From Rebecca billardiae RCC1528 (Eukaryota; Protista; Haptophyta), in assembly GCA_965240325.2 (NCBI GenBank), contig OZ251231.1, positions 124,001-188,000 on the forward strand: 64,000 bases of DNA, given 5' to 3'. The notes under the pieces are model-generated. The model searched no databases, was not told the DNA's origin, and worked only from the letters and a program-made list of their open reading frames with translations. The translations under genes were made by a program, and so were the position numbers. Shown in pieces: positions 12,138 to 23,226 of the stretch. How positions within the stretch are numbered: position 1 is the first letter of the stretch; every line of letters begins with the position of its first letter.

Positions 12138-13889
12138 ATGAGCCTCGCGCAGGTGGCGGCGGGGCGCGCCGCGTCGCTCACCGACGCGCGCGCGCTGCGC
12201 GCGTGCGAGCGCGTGGGCCTGCTCCCGTCCGAGCTGCGCGCGAAGACGCGCGACGACTTCGCCGAGCCCGGCCTCGACCCGCTCGTCGTCGACATGCGCC
12301 TCGAGCACTTTGAGCGCCGGCGGCGCGTCAAGCTCGGCCTCGTGGAGGAGGCGCTGGCCGAGCTCGCGGCGGAGGAGGCGAGGGCGCGCGAGGGCGGCGG
12401 GTTCGAGGGGTACTACAACCTCTCCCTCGCCTCCACCCGCCCCGCCTCCGCGCCGCGCCTCCGCGCCCCCTCGCAGCCCGACGAGGCCGAGCACGCCGCG
12501 CGCGCCGCCAAGCGCGAGGCGCTGGAGCGCGCCGCGCGCAACCGCGCCGCGCTCGAGCTGGAGAAGCACGAGGCGCGGCTCGCGGCGCAGGCGGCGCGCG
12601 AGGCGGAGCACGCCGAGGCGGCCGCCGCGCGCGCCGCCGAGCGCGCCGCCGCCGCCGACTCGCAGCGCCGCGCGTTCGAGGAGCGCAGGCACTCGGCCGC
12701 GCTTCGGATCCAGCAGGCGGCCGCGGCGCGCGCGGCGGAGGTGGCGCGGCGCGAGGCGGCGCGCGAGGCGGCGCGCGAGGGCGCGCGCGCGCGCGCCGAG
12801 GCGGAGGCGCGCGCCGCCGCCGACGCGCGCGAGCGCAAGGTCGCCGCCGCGCGTGCCGAGCAGGCCGCGGCCGCGGAGGCGCGCCGCCGCTCCGTTCTGA
12901 TCCGCCAGACCAAGGGCGAGCTGCGGGCGCGCGAGCTCGAGGGCGCGAGGGAGGCGGAGGCGCGCGCGGCGGCGGAGGGCGCGCGGGAGAAGGCGGAGCG
13001 GCTGCGCGCGGCGCGCGCGCGCGCGTCGGGCGGCCACGACACCCGCCGCGCCGAGCTCGAGCGCCGGCTGGCCGACGCGGAGCGCGCGCGCGCCGAGCGC
13101 GCAGACTCGCTGGCGCGCGACCGCCAGCTCAAGGCTGCGCATGCGCGCGCGCTGGCCGAGCGCGCGGCCGAGGGTGCGCGGCGCTCGAAGGCGGAGAAGG
13201 ACGCGTACCGCGCGCGCGTCGCGCGCAAGCTCGCCGAGGACGAGGCGCGCGCCGAGAACGCCGCACGCCGGCGCGCCGTCGACGGCCTGCTGCGGCGTGA
13301 GGAGAACCGGCTGCGCCAGCTGGACATTTCCGAGAACCTTCAGCGGCTGCGGCGCGCGGAGGGGTGGCGGCGCGCGCAGCTCGAGAGCCGGCTCGCGCAG
13401 GAGGACGCGCGCGTGCACGCGGGCGGCGGCGCGACGGAGCGCGCGCGCCGGTACTCCGCCGCCGCGTCCCACGCCTCGCCGCGCCTCGGCGGCACGAGCG
13501 GCGCTCTCGGCTTCCACTCGGAGGACTCGCCCGGCGCGGCGCGCGGCGGCGGCGACGGCGGTTGGGTCGCGGGCGCGGGCACGGCGCGCCGGCGGCCGCA
13601 CTCGGCGCGGGCGCGCGGCGTGGCGAGCGCGCGCCCGTCCGCCACCGACGAGCTCGCCGCGCTGCGCCGCGCTCAGAACGAGGAGCTCGTCTCCACCTTG
13701 GAGGCGGAGCAGCAGAGGGAGGCCACGCGCGCGGCCGCGATCGCCGAGCTCGCAGACCCGCTCGAGCGGAGGCGGCTCGAGAAGATCTTTGCGGTCGAGC
13801 GCGCGGAGGCGTCGGCCGCCATCGTGCGCGCGACCGCGGAGCACGAGGCGCAGCTCGAGCGGCGCATGGAGCAGCTCGGCCTGCTCTAG
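12138..13889 (+). CDS. Coiled-coil E/A/R-rich hypothetical protein (possibly cytoskeletal/flagellar)
   Basis: Long ORF with host codon bias; N-terminal ALRACERVGLLPSEL...DMRLEHFERRRR motif, then extended charged helices. Confidence 0.7.
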   Translation: MSLAQVAAGRAASLTDARALRACERVGLLPSELRAKTRDDFAEPGLDPLVVDMRLEHFERRRRVKLGLVEEALAELAAEEARAREGGGFEGYYNLSLASTRPASAPRLRAPSQPDEAEHAARAAKREALERAARNRAALELEKHEARLAAQAAREAEHAEAAAARAAERAAAADSQRRAFEERRHSAALRIQQAAAARAAEVARREAAREAAREGARARAEAEARAAADARERKVAAARAEQAAAAEARRRSVLIRQTKGELRARELEGAREAEARAAAEGAREKAERLRAARARASGGHDTRRAELERRLADAERARAERADSLARDRQLKAAHARALAERAAEGARRSKAEKDAYRARVARKLAEDEARAENAARRRAVDGLLRREENRLRQLDISENLQRLRRAEGWRRAQLESRLAQEDARVHAGGGATERARRYSAAASHASPRLGGTSGALGFHSEDSPGAARGGGDGGWVAGAGTARRRPHSARARGVASARPSATDELAALRRAQNEELVSTLEAEQQREATRAAAIAELADPLERRRLEKIFAVERAEASAAIVRATAEHEAQLERRMEQLGLL

Positions 13890-14279
13890 ATCTAGACAGC
13901 TAGCTCTAGTGCCAGACGATGGCGCGGCGATGATCGATCGAGCCGCGCCGCCGAGCGTGTGAGCCGCCTGTGAGTGTATCGTGACTCGACAGGCTACGAC
14001 ACTCGCGTCACTCATTATTATTATACTGCTATACTACACGACGCGACTACTTAGATCGAGTCAGCAGAGTAGTCACCGACTCCCGAGGCCGGGCCCGGGG
14101 GTCGGGGGCGGCGTCGGGCGCGTCGGCAGCCGTCGGCTGAGGTCGAGGCCGCGCAGTGCCCTGCTGGTTTCGAATCAGTGATGGCGGCCGGAGACGAGCG
14201 GCGGCCGGAGCGCCGATTCGCATGCACACCGCGCATTCGCACGCCTGCGCGACCAGCGCACCCGCAGCGGTCGAGGCAT

Positions 14280-15743
14280 TCAGCGTGGCGCACAGCGCAG
14301 GGCCAGGGGCGGCAGCTGCGCCACGCGCTGAAGCGTCGGCTGCTCTCCGGCATCGTCGCCCACGCCCAGGCCGAGCGCGGCCACGCGTCTGCCGCACGCG
14401 TGCACGGCGCCGTCCGCTGTGACGTAGAGGGCGTGCTTGAATCTGAGCGAGCAGTCGAACCCGCGCGCATGCCCGAGGCGCTCCACCCGCTCGGGCAGCG
14501 CGCGACTGATTTGGTCCCCCAGCCCCCGCTGGCCCCAGCCGTTGAACCCAAACGTGCGCACGCTGCCGTCCGAGCAGACCACCGCGCTGCCGCAAAAGCC
14601 CGCGCTGGCGCGCACGGCACGCAGGCCGCCCAGTGCTTCGATGCGCGTGGGCACCACGCGGCGCGCCTGGTCACCATGGCCGAGCGGGCCACACGCATTC
14701 TCTCCGAAGGAGTGCACGCCGCCCGCCGCGTCCACCACCAGGCTGTGCTTGTAGCCTGCGCTCACGTGCACGGCGCGCACGCGTGCGAGCGCCTCGATGC
14801 GCCTGGGCGTGCGCCGCTCTCGCTCGTCGCCGTGGCCGAGGTTGCCGTACCGGCCAAACCCGCACGAGTACACAGCGCCACACGCCGAGAGCAGCAGCGT
14901 GTGCAGATCGCTCGCGGCCACGCCGCCCACGCGCACGCCGTCCAGCGCCTCGATGCGCGTCGGCTGCAGCCGCTGCTTCGTGTCGCCGTGGCCGAGCTGG
15001 CCGAAGTAGTTGTTGCCCCAGCTGTACGCCGCGCCAGCGGTCGTCAGCGCGAGGCTGTGCTGGAGACCGGCGCTGATGCCGACGACAACCTCCACGCCTA
15101 GCGCCGCCACCTGCACGAACGCCCATCGATCAGCCTTGTCGCCCACGCCCAGCTCGCCGCAGTTGTTGCTGCCGCACGCGTACACGGCGCCCGTCTCACT
15201 CAGCGCGAGTAGGCGCTCGCCGCCGGCAGCCACTGCACGCACCCGCACCGCCTGCAGTGAGCGCACGTGTGTCGGTACGAGCAGAAGCGTCTGCCTACTG
15301 AGCTCTGGATGGCCCAGCGGTATGCCGCACGTGTGCACGCGGCCGTCCGCATCGACAAATGCGCTGAACGGGTCGTGGAAGTTGAATCCGTCGGTGGCTA
15401 CAACGCGCGTGTGCTCGTGCGCGAGCTCGAGAACACCCTCGCGCGCGAGCAGCTCCTCCACCCACGTGGACACGCCAACGGGCAGGGTTGTCGGCAGCGC
15501 GGCCGCGTGCCCGCGCGCACGCGCGCGCTCGCGCAGCGCGTGCTCGAGCGGCGCGCCGCGGAAGAGGCGCGCGGCGGCGTTGGCGGCGGCGAGATCACGC
15601 GTGCTAGCAAGTTCGGTCAGGATGCGCGCGACGAGCTCGGGTGGCAGGCCGGTCATCAGCCGCACGGCCGCCGCCGCCGAGCGCGCCTTGGCACGCGCCC
15701 GCGTCGTCGGTGCCATGTCCGTCCGTCCCGACGCGGGAATCAT
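14280..15743 (-). CDS. RCC1-repeat beta-propeller protein with F-box-like N-terminal motif
   Basis: Repeats VYACGSNNCGELG, ISAGLQHSLAL, AYSWGNNYFGQLGHGD, VSAGYKHSLVV, FGFNGWGQRGLGD; N-terminal LPPELVARIL. Confidence 0.85.
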   Translation of the reverse strand: MIPASGRTDMAPTTRARAKARSAAAAVRLMTGLPPELVARILTELASTRDLAAANAAARLFRGAPLEHALRERARARGHAAALPTTLPVGVSTWVEELLAREGVLELAHEHTRVVATDGFNFHDPFSAFVDADGRVHTCGIPLGHPELSRQTLLLVPTHVRSLQAVRVRAVAAGGERLLALSETGAVYACGSNNCGELGVGDKADRWAFVQVAALGVEVVVGISAGLQHSLALTTAGAAYSWGNNYFGQLGHGDTKQRLQPTRIEALDGVRVGGVAASDLHTLLLSACGAVYSCGFGRYGNLGHGDERERRTPRRIEALARVRAVHVSAGYKHSLVVDAAGGVHSFGENACGPLGHGDQARRVVPTRIEALGGLRAVRASAGFCGSAVVCSDGSVRTFGFNGWGQRGLGDQISRALPERVERLGHARGFDCSLRFKHALYVTADGAVHACGRRVAALGLGVGDDAGEQPTLQRVAQLPPLALRCAPR

Positions 15744-15942
15744 TGAGTACTGTCGCCTACCTGAGCTGTGTAGTGCGTCTCTTAATTCTTATAATAGTCA
15801 ACTGTACGTCCCTACTGCTACAGTTTACTATGTCGTTTTAACGTGCGCACACTTGGTTAAGGCGTGATTGACGACAGTACTGTGCAGTCGTACACTGAGA
15901 AGAGTGAGGAGTCGGTCGTCGGACTACTATGATACATCATTA

Positions 15943-17616
15943 CTATGCTGATGACTTGGAAGGCCGCGCTGCGGCGGTGCTGACGACGATGACTGCTGCC
16001 TGAGAGTGAGACTGGCTGCTGCTGCCGCCGTTGCGCGCCACGCCGCGCGCGCTGGTCCGCAGCGCTGCGCCGCGCGCCTCGTCCAGCACGGCGCGCACAA
16101 AGCCCTCGCGCGCCGCCCTCGCGCCCGCGCCGTCGCCCGCGGAGACGAGCGCGCCCCACGGCGCCGCGTCGACCGCCGCCACCGACCATCCCGCCAGCCG
16201 CAGCAGCCGCGCCTTGTGCCGGTCGGCGAGCGCGCGGCGCGCGTGCGCGCGCGCGCCGTGCAGCTCAAGCGCGAGGCGCTCTGGGACGAGCGCCACGTCG
16301 ACGACGCAGCCGGTGCGCGGCACGACATACTCGTCCACGGGCGCCGCGCCGAGCGCCGCGAGCGTGGCGGAGAGGGCGGCGTGCAGCCGCCGCCACCCGG
16401 CCACGTCCTGTGGCCGCGAGCCGCGCGGCGCGCCGGGCGCAAGCAGCTGCACGTCGCGCCGGTGTGCGCTCGCGGCGCGCGCGGACGCGGTGCGCAGCTC
16501 GGGCGAGAGGCGGAGCGCGTCCTCGCGCCCCTCGAGCGCGAGCGCCGCGCGCACCTGCGCCAGCTGCCGCAGCTCGAGGCTGTTGAGTGCGCGCGGCCCG
16601 CGCGCAGAGAGCTCGGCACTCAGCGCCGCCAGCGCGCCGCCCGCGGCCGCGGCCGGCGCCTCGCCCGCGACGAGTGCCCAGAGCAGGTTGGCGATCTCGC
16701 GCGCGGAGATCGCGGGCAGGGCGAGCGGCAGCGGGCCCGTGCCGCCCGCCGCCGCCACGCTCGCCGCGATCGCCGCGAGCACCCGCCGCCGCGCTCCCTC
16801 CGGCTCGGCGAGCGCCGCGTAAGCATAGGCCAACTTGACGGCGACGGCGCCCGCGCGGTGCGGCGCGGCGAGCGCGGCCGCGCGCGCGCGGTCGACGCAG
16901 GAGGGGGCGAGCGCGGCGAGCAGCGCGCGCGGCGCGTCGCGCTCCGCGCTGCCCGAGCGGCCGAGCGCCCACACCAGGTCGACGAGCGCGCGCGGCTCGA
17001 GCGCGGCCGGCAGCGAGCGCGCGCGCGGCAGCGCGGCCGCGGCGATCTCGTCAAAGAGAGCCGGCGCGTGCGCGCCGAGGGCGGCGTACGCGCGCGCGAG
17101 CGTGGCGAGCTCGGCGGGCGCGCACGCGCGCGCGCCTAGCCGCACGAACAGCGGCGCGAGCGTCCGCTCGAGCAGCGCGCGCGGCAACACGCGCGCGGCC
17201 GCGTATGCGTCGGCGACGCGCGCGACGTCCGACGCTCTGCGCCACGCGCGCAGCCGGCGCGGCTCGCCGAGCGCGCGCGCGGCGCGGAGGTAGAAAGCGC
17301 GGTCGAGGGGCGAGCCGAATGCGCACGCCTTGAGCAGGTGCGCCAGCGCGCGCGTCTCGAGCGCGCGCAGCTCCGCGTCCGTCGTGCACGCGCCGACCGC
17401 GCCGAGCCAGCGCGCGTCGGCCGACGCGTGGTGCCGCGCCAACGCCGCCTCGCCGCCGGCGCGGGGCGCGCGGCGGCCGAGCACGCGCGCGCGCACGACG
17501 CGCTGCTCGATGCGCAGCGCCGAGGGCGGCCGGCCCACCCCGCGCGCCGCCGCCGCGCAGAGCAGCCGCCGCGCGCCGCCACCGCCGCTGCGGAGGAGGC
17601 GGCCGGCCGTCGTCAT
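15943..17616 (-). CDS. Helical-repeat (FAST/OPR-like) protein with C-terminal RAP domain, likely organellar RNA metabolism
   Basis: Mitochondrial-like presequence MTTAGRLLRSGGGGARRLLCAA; repeats ELATLARAYAAL, ALVDLVWALG, EIANLLWAL; C-terminal VDEYVV..CVVDVAL..LALELHG...KARLLRLAGWSV. Confidence 0.75.
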   Translation of the reverse strand: MTTAGRLLRSGGGGARRLLCAAAARGVGRPPSALRIEQRVVRARVLGRRAPRAGGEAALARHHASADARWLGAVGACTTDAELRALETRALAHLLKACAFGSPLDRAFYLRAARALGEPRRLRAWRRASDVARVADAYAAARVLPRALLERTLAPLFVRLGARACAPAELATLARAYAALGAHAPALFDEIAAAALPRARSLPAALEPRALVDLVWALGRSGSAERDAPRALLAALAPSCVDRARAAALAAPHRAGAVAVKLAYAYAALAEPEGARRRVLAAIAASVAAAGGTGPLPLALPAISAREIANLLWALVAGEAPAAAAGGALAALSAELSARGPRALNSLELRQLAQVRAALALEGREDALRLSPELRTASARAASAHRRDVQLLAPGAPRGSRPQDVAGWRRLHAALSATLAALGAAPVDEYVVPRTGCVVDVALVPERLALELHGARAHARRALADRHKARLLRLAGWSVAAVDAAPWGALVSAGDGAGARAAREGFVRAVLDEARGAALRTSARGVARNGGSSSQSHSQAAVIVVSTAAARPSKSSA

Positions 17617-17740
17617 GCTGCCGAGACCACGCGATCTCGTCATCCGAACAACCCGCTCGCCACAGTCGCATCGCGTTTTTTTAAAAACAACAAATCAGCA
17701 GTGTTGCGTAGTTTCATTCACATACGTATTCTTGATGCGC

Positions 17741-18847
17741 TCACCGGCGGCGCAGCGCGGTCACGAGGAACTTCTCGTCGGCGTTCTGCAGCGGGCGGTG
17801 CGCGATCACCCGCCACGCCGCACGGTCCAGCCCGCCGAGCTGCGCGAGCACCGCCTCCGCCTCCTCGCGCCCGCCCGCGTGCGCTGGGTAGACCATCACC
17901 GTGATCGCGCCGCCAACCGCGAGCGCGCGCTGCGCGGCGCGCAGGCTCGCCACCGTCGTCTCCGGCCGCGTGACGATGGAGTGGTCGCCGCCGGGGAGGT
18001 AGCCCAGGTTGTACACGACGAGGCGCGCCGTGCCGTCCGCCACGCTCCGCGGGAGCCGCTCGTGCGAGCGCACCGCCACCTCGACCGCGGGCGGCGCGCG
18101 TGCGCCCTCCAGCGCCTCGCGCACGGCCTCGCGCGTCGCGTCGGCCGCGCGCGGCTGGATGTCGACGCACACGAGCCGGCCGCGCGGCGCGGGCGTGCGC
18201 GCGCCCGCCTCCGCGCGCGCCGACGCGTCCGCGAGCACCGAGGCGAGCGCCGCCGCGTCCCGCCCGTTGCCGCAGGTCGCGTCCACCACCAAGTCCCCCG
18301 CGCGCACCGCGGCCGCCCACACGCCGCGCGCGAGCGCCTGCGTGCCCTCGAGGCGCTCCAGCGCGTCGAGGAGCGGCGCGCCGACGGTGCGATCCGAAGC
18401 GTCGCGCGCCGCGCCGTCGGCGGCGCCGACGGCCGACTCCGCCGCCGCGGGTGCGTCGACGGCGTCGACGACGTCGACCGTGATGGGCGCGCCCGCACCC
18501 GAGTCCGCGGGCGCGCGGCCGCCCCGCGCACCGCGCGCGAGCGACGACGCGGCGCGCGCGGCGACGGCCTCGAGCAGCGGGTTCACCCCCGCGCGCGCCG
18601 CGTGCGAGGTGCCGAGCAGCTCGCGCGCCGCGCGCGCCGCCGCGGCCCTTGGCTCCGCGTCGTCGCCGGCCGGCGCGTCCGCGTCTGCCGCCGCGACGCG
18701 TGCGCGCGGTGTGCCAGGCCGCCGCGCGGTGGCCGCCGCAGGCGGTGCGGCGGCGCGCGCGGCGCACGCGCATGCGAGCATGCCGAACAGCGCGAGCCGC
18801 CGCGAGCCCATGACCTCCCACGGCACCGTCCACGTGGCCGCCATCAT
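17741..18847 (-). CDS. SAM-dependent methyltransferase, YtqB/MnmM (putative rRNA methylase) family, with N-terminal signal/transit peptide
   Basis: VVDATCGNGRD, VCVDIQ, SHE, YNLGYLPGGDHSIVTRPETT, YPAHAGGREEAEAV. Start could instead be the ATG at 18811. Confidence 0.85.
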   Translation of the reverse strand: MMAATWTVPWEVMGSRRLALFGMLACACAARAAAPPAAATARRPGTPRARVAAADADAPAGDDAEPRAAAARAARELLGTSHAARAGVNPLLEAVAARAASSLARGARGGRAPADSGAGAPITVDVVDAVDAPAAAESAVGAADGAARDASDRTVGAPLLDALERLEGTQALARGVWAAAVRAGDLVVDATCGNGRDAAALASVLADASARAEAGARTPAPRGRLVCVDIQPRAADATREAVREALEGARAPPAVEVAVRSHERLPRSVADGTARLVVYNLGYLPGGDHSIVTRPETTVASLRAAQRALAVGGAITVMVYPAHAGGREEAEAVLAQLGGLDRAAWRVIAHRPLQNADEKFLVTALRRR

Positions 18848-18940
18848 GAGGGCCTGCAGCCCTCGGTCGGAGTCGGTCGGTGCCAACTGTCGCCTGCCCG
18901 CTCCGCCCCGGCCGAGCCGGGAAACTTCACACGACGCGCC

Positions 18941-19267
18941 ATGGCTTTCGTCGCCGTCGGCGCGAGCGACGGCGCGCACGACGCCGACGCGCACGCGGAG
19001 GAGGCGCGCGTTGGGCACGAGGAGGACAGCCTACTCGCGTCGGCCGAAAGCCCCCGTGCTGCCGAACGCGACGCACGCCGCGACGGCCCGGAGTCGCGCC
19101 TCTTTGCGTGTGCCGTCGCGGTAGTCGTGAGTGTGCTCGCAGTCGCCGGCGCGCTCGGCGCCGCTGCGCTGGCGGCGCAGACGAGCGGCGTGGCCGGCGA
19201 GGTCGGCACGGGCGAAGGCATAGTCGACGAGCGGAGACGACTCGCAGCGCTCGTGCTGGGCGCGTGA
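18941..19267 (+). CDS. Small single-TM hypothetical protein
   Basis: ATG ORF of 108 aa with acidic N-terminus and one hydrophobic segment (LFACAVAVVVSVLAVAGALGAAAL); divergent from the methyltransferase. Confidence 0.4.
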   Translation: MAFVAVGASDGAHDADAHAEEARVGHEEDSLLASAESPRAAERDARRDGPESRLFACAVAVVVSVLAVAGALGAAALAAQTSGVAGEVGTGEGIVDERRRLAALVLGA

Positions 19268-19853
19268 CGCCGGCCGGCGCAGCGGAGGCAAGCGAGCATG
19301 AAGCCGGGCCCCGGCTTGCTGGCAGTGTTCGTGGCCACGGCCGGCGAGGCATGACTGGCCTGAGTGACGAACGAGTGCGGCAGCCCCGAGCCCGCGGGCT
19401 CGTCGGACTGTGTGACACAACTGCTCATGGCTGCCTGCGACTGGGATGGCCGTGTTCAGGGCCGGTCATAGGGGCGGTCGGCCGCATCCGGGTGCCGCCG
19501 CCTGCCATCACCGAAGCCGCGGACCCGCGTCAACGGATTCAACTTATTATAATCAAGGCCTGATGATGAACTTGAAGTTGAAGCCGCCTGGCTCCTGCGT
19601 GCGTACTAGTTACTAGCAGTACGCACTAGATATCAGGACATCATCTATCTGAGGCGCGGCAAGTAGTGAAGTGACCAAGTCGGACGCGACTCACGCGGCG
19701 ACTGTAGTCGGACACTTCCAGGAGAGTTGGACGCGTCCGCGCGCCGCTGGCTGAAACAGGGCCCTGATGACGCCGCCGCCGCCGGGCACCTCCACGGTGC
19801 CCCGGCACCGCCGGGTGCGATCCGACTGGCCCGCGCGCGTGCCCGCAGCCTAG

Positions 19854-20613
19854 CTAGATGTAGAAGGCCCCGCGGGACGGCGAGGCCTCGTCGTGACCCT
19901 GCTGCTGCCGCGGCGCCGCCGCCGCCTGCGGCTGCGGCGGCGGCGCGGCCTGCGGCTGCGACTGTCCGAATGGGTCCCACTGCGGCTCCGGCGCCGCCGC
20001 CCCAGGCCCCGGCCCAGGCCCCGGCGCGGGCTGCAGCCCGAACGGATCCCACGACTGCGGCGGCGCGGACGCGGGCTGCGGCGGCAGCGGCTGCGGCGCC
20101 GCCGCCGGCCGCGCAGGCTCCGGCTCCTCCAGCCCAATCAGTAGCTCAGGCGGCGACGGCTGGCGCGGCGGCGGCGCGGGCGGCGCGAGCGCGCTCGGTG
20201 GCGGCGCCGCCGTTGCAGCCGGCGGCGGCATCACGTTGGGCGAGTAGGTGGGCGCGCCGCCCGCCCGGCCGTCGGGCGGCGCGCCGCCCGCGTAGTACGG
20301 CGCGGCCGACATCTCGACGTCGGCCGACCCCCCGCCGAAGCGCGCGTCGCTGCTGTCGCTGCCAAACGCGACGGCGCCGCCGCGCGCGCCGCCCGCGCGC
20401 GGGTTGCGCGCGCTCGCGGCCCCGCCCTTCCTGCGCTGCCGGTAGACGCAGAAGCCCGCGAAGCAGCACGCCGCGATCGCGAGCAGCACGCCGAGCGCGA
20501 CCACACTCTCGTCCTCGCCGTCGTCGCTCGGCGGCCGCGGCGCCGGCGTGCTCGACGAGCTGTCGTCGTCGTCGTCGTCGTCGTCGTCGCCCCCGCCCCC
20601 GCCGCCGCCACTC

Positions 20614-20650
<37 letters not shown>

Positions 20651-21830
20651 TCGGCGTGGGCCACACCTGCGCGCGCACCGCGGCCGCGCTGAGCAGCGTC
20701 GCGCCCGTTTCGGCGAGTATCGCCGCGCCGAGCGCGTCGACGTTCGCCCCGTCCTCGAACCAGCCCACGTACCCCGAGAGCTTCACCGAGCTGACGAAGC
20801 GCTCGTAGACGTTGAGCGTGACCAGCCCGGAGCTGTCCTCGCTCTCAATCCGGGAGAAGTCCGGGGGACTGAGGCCGAGCGCGGCGGCGAAGGCGCGGGT
20901 GAGGTTGGCGCCCGCCTCGGTGCCCGCGCCCCACGCGCTGATCTCCGTGCTGTTGAGCACGAGCTCCACCTCGGTGATCACGCCGATCAGCGGCGGCGGC
21001 GAGGCGGGCGGCGGCTGCGGCGGCGAGGGCGGCGGCGAGGGCGGAGGCGCGGGCGGCGGCGAGGGCGGTGGCGCGGGCGGCGGCCTCGGCGGCGTGGGCG
21101 GCGGGGGCGGCGGCGAGGGCGGCGGCGCGGGCGGCGGCGCGGGCGGCGGCGCGGGCGGCGGCGAGGGCGGCTGCTGCGTCGTTGGCGGTGCCGCCGGCGG
21201 CGAAGCTGGCGGCGGCGAGGGCGGCGGCGAGGGCGGCGGCGAGGGCGGCGGCGGCGGCGAGGGTGGCGGCGAGGGCGGCGGCGCAGGTGGCGGTGCCGGC
21301 GGCGGTGCGGGTGGCGGCGAGGGAGGCGACGCGGGCGTCGATGCTGGTACGGGCACGGGCGGCGGCGAAGGCGGCGGCAGCGGCTGCGCCGTCGAGGGCG
21401 GCGGCGAGGGCGGCGGCGAGGGCGGCGGCGAGGGCGGCGGCGAGGGCGGCGGCGAGGGGAGTGGCGGCGGCGAAGGCGGCGGTAATGGCTGGGTGCCCGC
21501 GGGCGGCGGCGAGGGCGGCGGTGAGGGCGGCGGTGAGGGCGGCGGCGAGGGCGGCGGCGAGGGGAGCGGCGGCGTCGAAGGCGGCGGTAATGGCTGGGTG
21601 CCCGCGGGCGGCGGCGAGGGTGGTGGCGAGGGAGGCAGTGTGGGCGGCGAGGCTGGCTGCGCGGCCGACGGCGGCGGCAAGGGCGGTGGCGAGGGCGATA
21701 CGGGTGGCGGCGAGGGCGGTGGCAAGGGTGGCGGAGACGGAGGCGGCCTCGGGGCTGGGGACGGCGGCGGCGGCGGGGCTGCTGCGCTCAGCAGCGCTGC
21801 GCCGAGCAGGAGGGCAGCTCGAAGACGCAT
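19854..21830 (-). CDS. Extensin/pherophorin-like proline-rich type I membrane glycoprotein
   Basis: Signal peptide MRLRAALLLGAALLSAAA, long (SPPP/APPP)n region, small globular domain, TM VVALGVLLAIAACCFAGFCVY followed by RQRRK, Pro-rich tail. Confidence 0.8.
20992..21780 (-). repeat. Coding tandem repeats (Ser/Ala-Pro3)n including a 105-bp internal duplication (AGTQPLPPPS unit)
   Basis: GGCGGCGAGG-type units; GGTAATGGCTGGGTGCCCGCGGGCGGCGG at 21481 and 21586. Confidence 0.8.
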
Positions 21831-22265
21831 GGCGGATGGCCGAACCGCGGCGGCGCCCGTCGACAGTCCGGGATGTCCGTTGGTTACTTTTGCGAGGCCG
21901 GACTGTGCAATCATCGGCGCGCGGATACGCGGGGTGATGACAATGACAGTCGGCATCGTCAGGCTTCACTTTCAACTTGTCACATCAAGCCCGGCCTGGC
22001 GCTGTGCGGGCTATACACTGTTCCCTGCTTGATCAGCATACATACTGTATTCGACCACTTCTTCTTCAAAGGTACTAGGTAGTACACCTACAGCAGGCCC
22101 AGCCCACAGGTGAGGGCGCGAGCAGCAACCACGCAACCGCTCACAGGCTGGGCCTGAGTACTAGCGGCGCCCGCCTCGGCAGAGCGCGGACGGCGGATAG
22201 CCGGCTCGCAGCTCGGCTGCGCCTGCGCCGAGCTCGGCGCGCCCCGCGCCGCCCCGCGCGCCCCG

Positions 22266-23027
22266 CTACCCGTTGAAGTTGCGCTCGATCGAGTTGTAGT
22301 GGATGGGCGAGATGTACGTTACGAACAGCCGGCGCACGGGCACGCCCGCGCCCGGCGTGTACACGAGGTGCCAGCCGCCCGTGCCGGGCGTCGAGGTGAT
22401 GACGTGGATGATGCAGCGGAACGTGTCGGCGGCGGCCCTGAGCGTTAGCTCGTCCCCCCACTTCTTCGATTCCTGCATCGAGCGCACCCACGGCTCGAAC
22501 TCGCCCGCCTCGAAGAAGATCTCGAAGTCGTCTCGAGCCTTGAGCAGCTGCGCGCACGCGCGCTCGCGCACGTACGCGTGGTGCTCCTGCGTGCCGAAGA
22601 GCTGGTACGAGAGCGCGCGGAACTGGCAGTTGCCGTCGTCGCCCATCCGCGCCTCCTTCAGCTCGCAGAACGCCAGCCGCTCCCGCAGCAGCTTGAGGCC
22701 GGCCGAGATGTCGTGCTCGCGCCCGCCCACCTCGTCGGCCGAGACCGCGCGGCGCAGGCCGGCGCTCTTGGTGGTCGCGACGGCGGATCCGCTACCCGCA
22801 TACTCGGGTCGCTTCGCCACGCGCGCCGCGTCGAGCCGCCGCTTGAAGAGGATCCGCGCCTTGAGCACAGTCGCAGCAAACTCCTCGGGTGGCACGGCGA
22901 CACCGAGCGCGCTCGCGATCTGCTCGTCCTCGAGCGGCGCGCGCACGATGCGCGGCCCGCCATCGTCCGGCTCGTCCGGAGGCGTGGCGCTCATGACGGG
23001 CGCGGGCGCCGAGCAGCGCACGCCCAT
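22266..23027 (-). CDS. OTU-family cysteine protease (deubiquitinase)
   Basis: MGDDGNCQFRALSYQLFG, WGDELTLRAAAD, YISPIHYNSI. Start at 23027 or 22994. Confidence 0.9.
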   Translation of the reverse strand: MGVRCSAPAPVMSATPPDEPDDGGPRIVRAPLEDEQIASALGVAVPPEEFAATVLKARILFKRRLDAARVAKRPEYAGSGSAVATTKSAGLRRAVSADEVGGREHDISAGLKLLRERLAFCELKEARMGDDGNCQFRALSYQLFGTQEHHAYVRERACAQLLKARDDFEIFFEAGEFEPWVRSMQESKKWGDELTLRAAADTFRCIIHVITSTPGTGGWHLVYTPGAGVPVRRLFVTYISPIHYNSIERNFNG

Positions 23028-23226
23028 CCAAGGGCCAGCCGCGCCAGCGCTGGCGAGCGGCAAGCCCACAGGCGGGTGGTAGAGCGGTGGGTAGCAGACC
23101 ACCGGCAGTGCAGCCGGCTCGATTTTCGTTTTGACGACGACGACGGTGATGATGACAATGGCGGCGGATTGTTTTGTTGGATAAGGAAAAATACGCCGGG
23201 CGCGTCGATCAAGGTCGCTCGCCACG

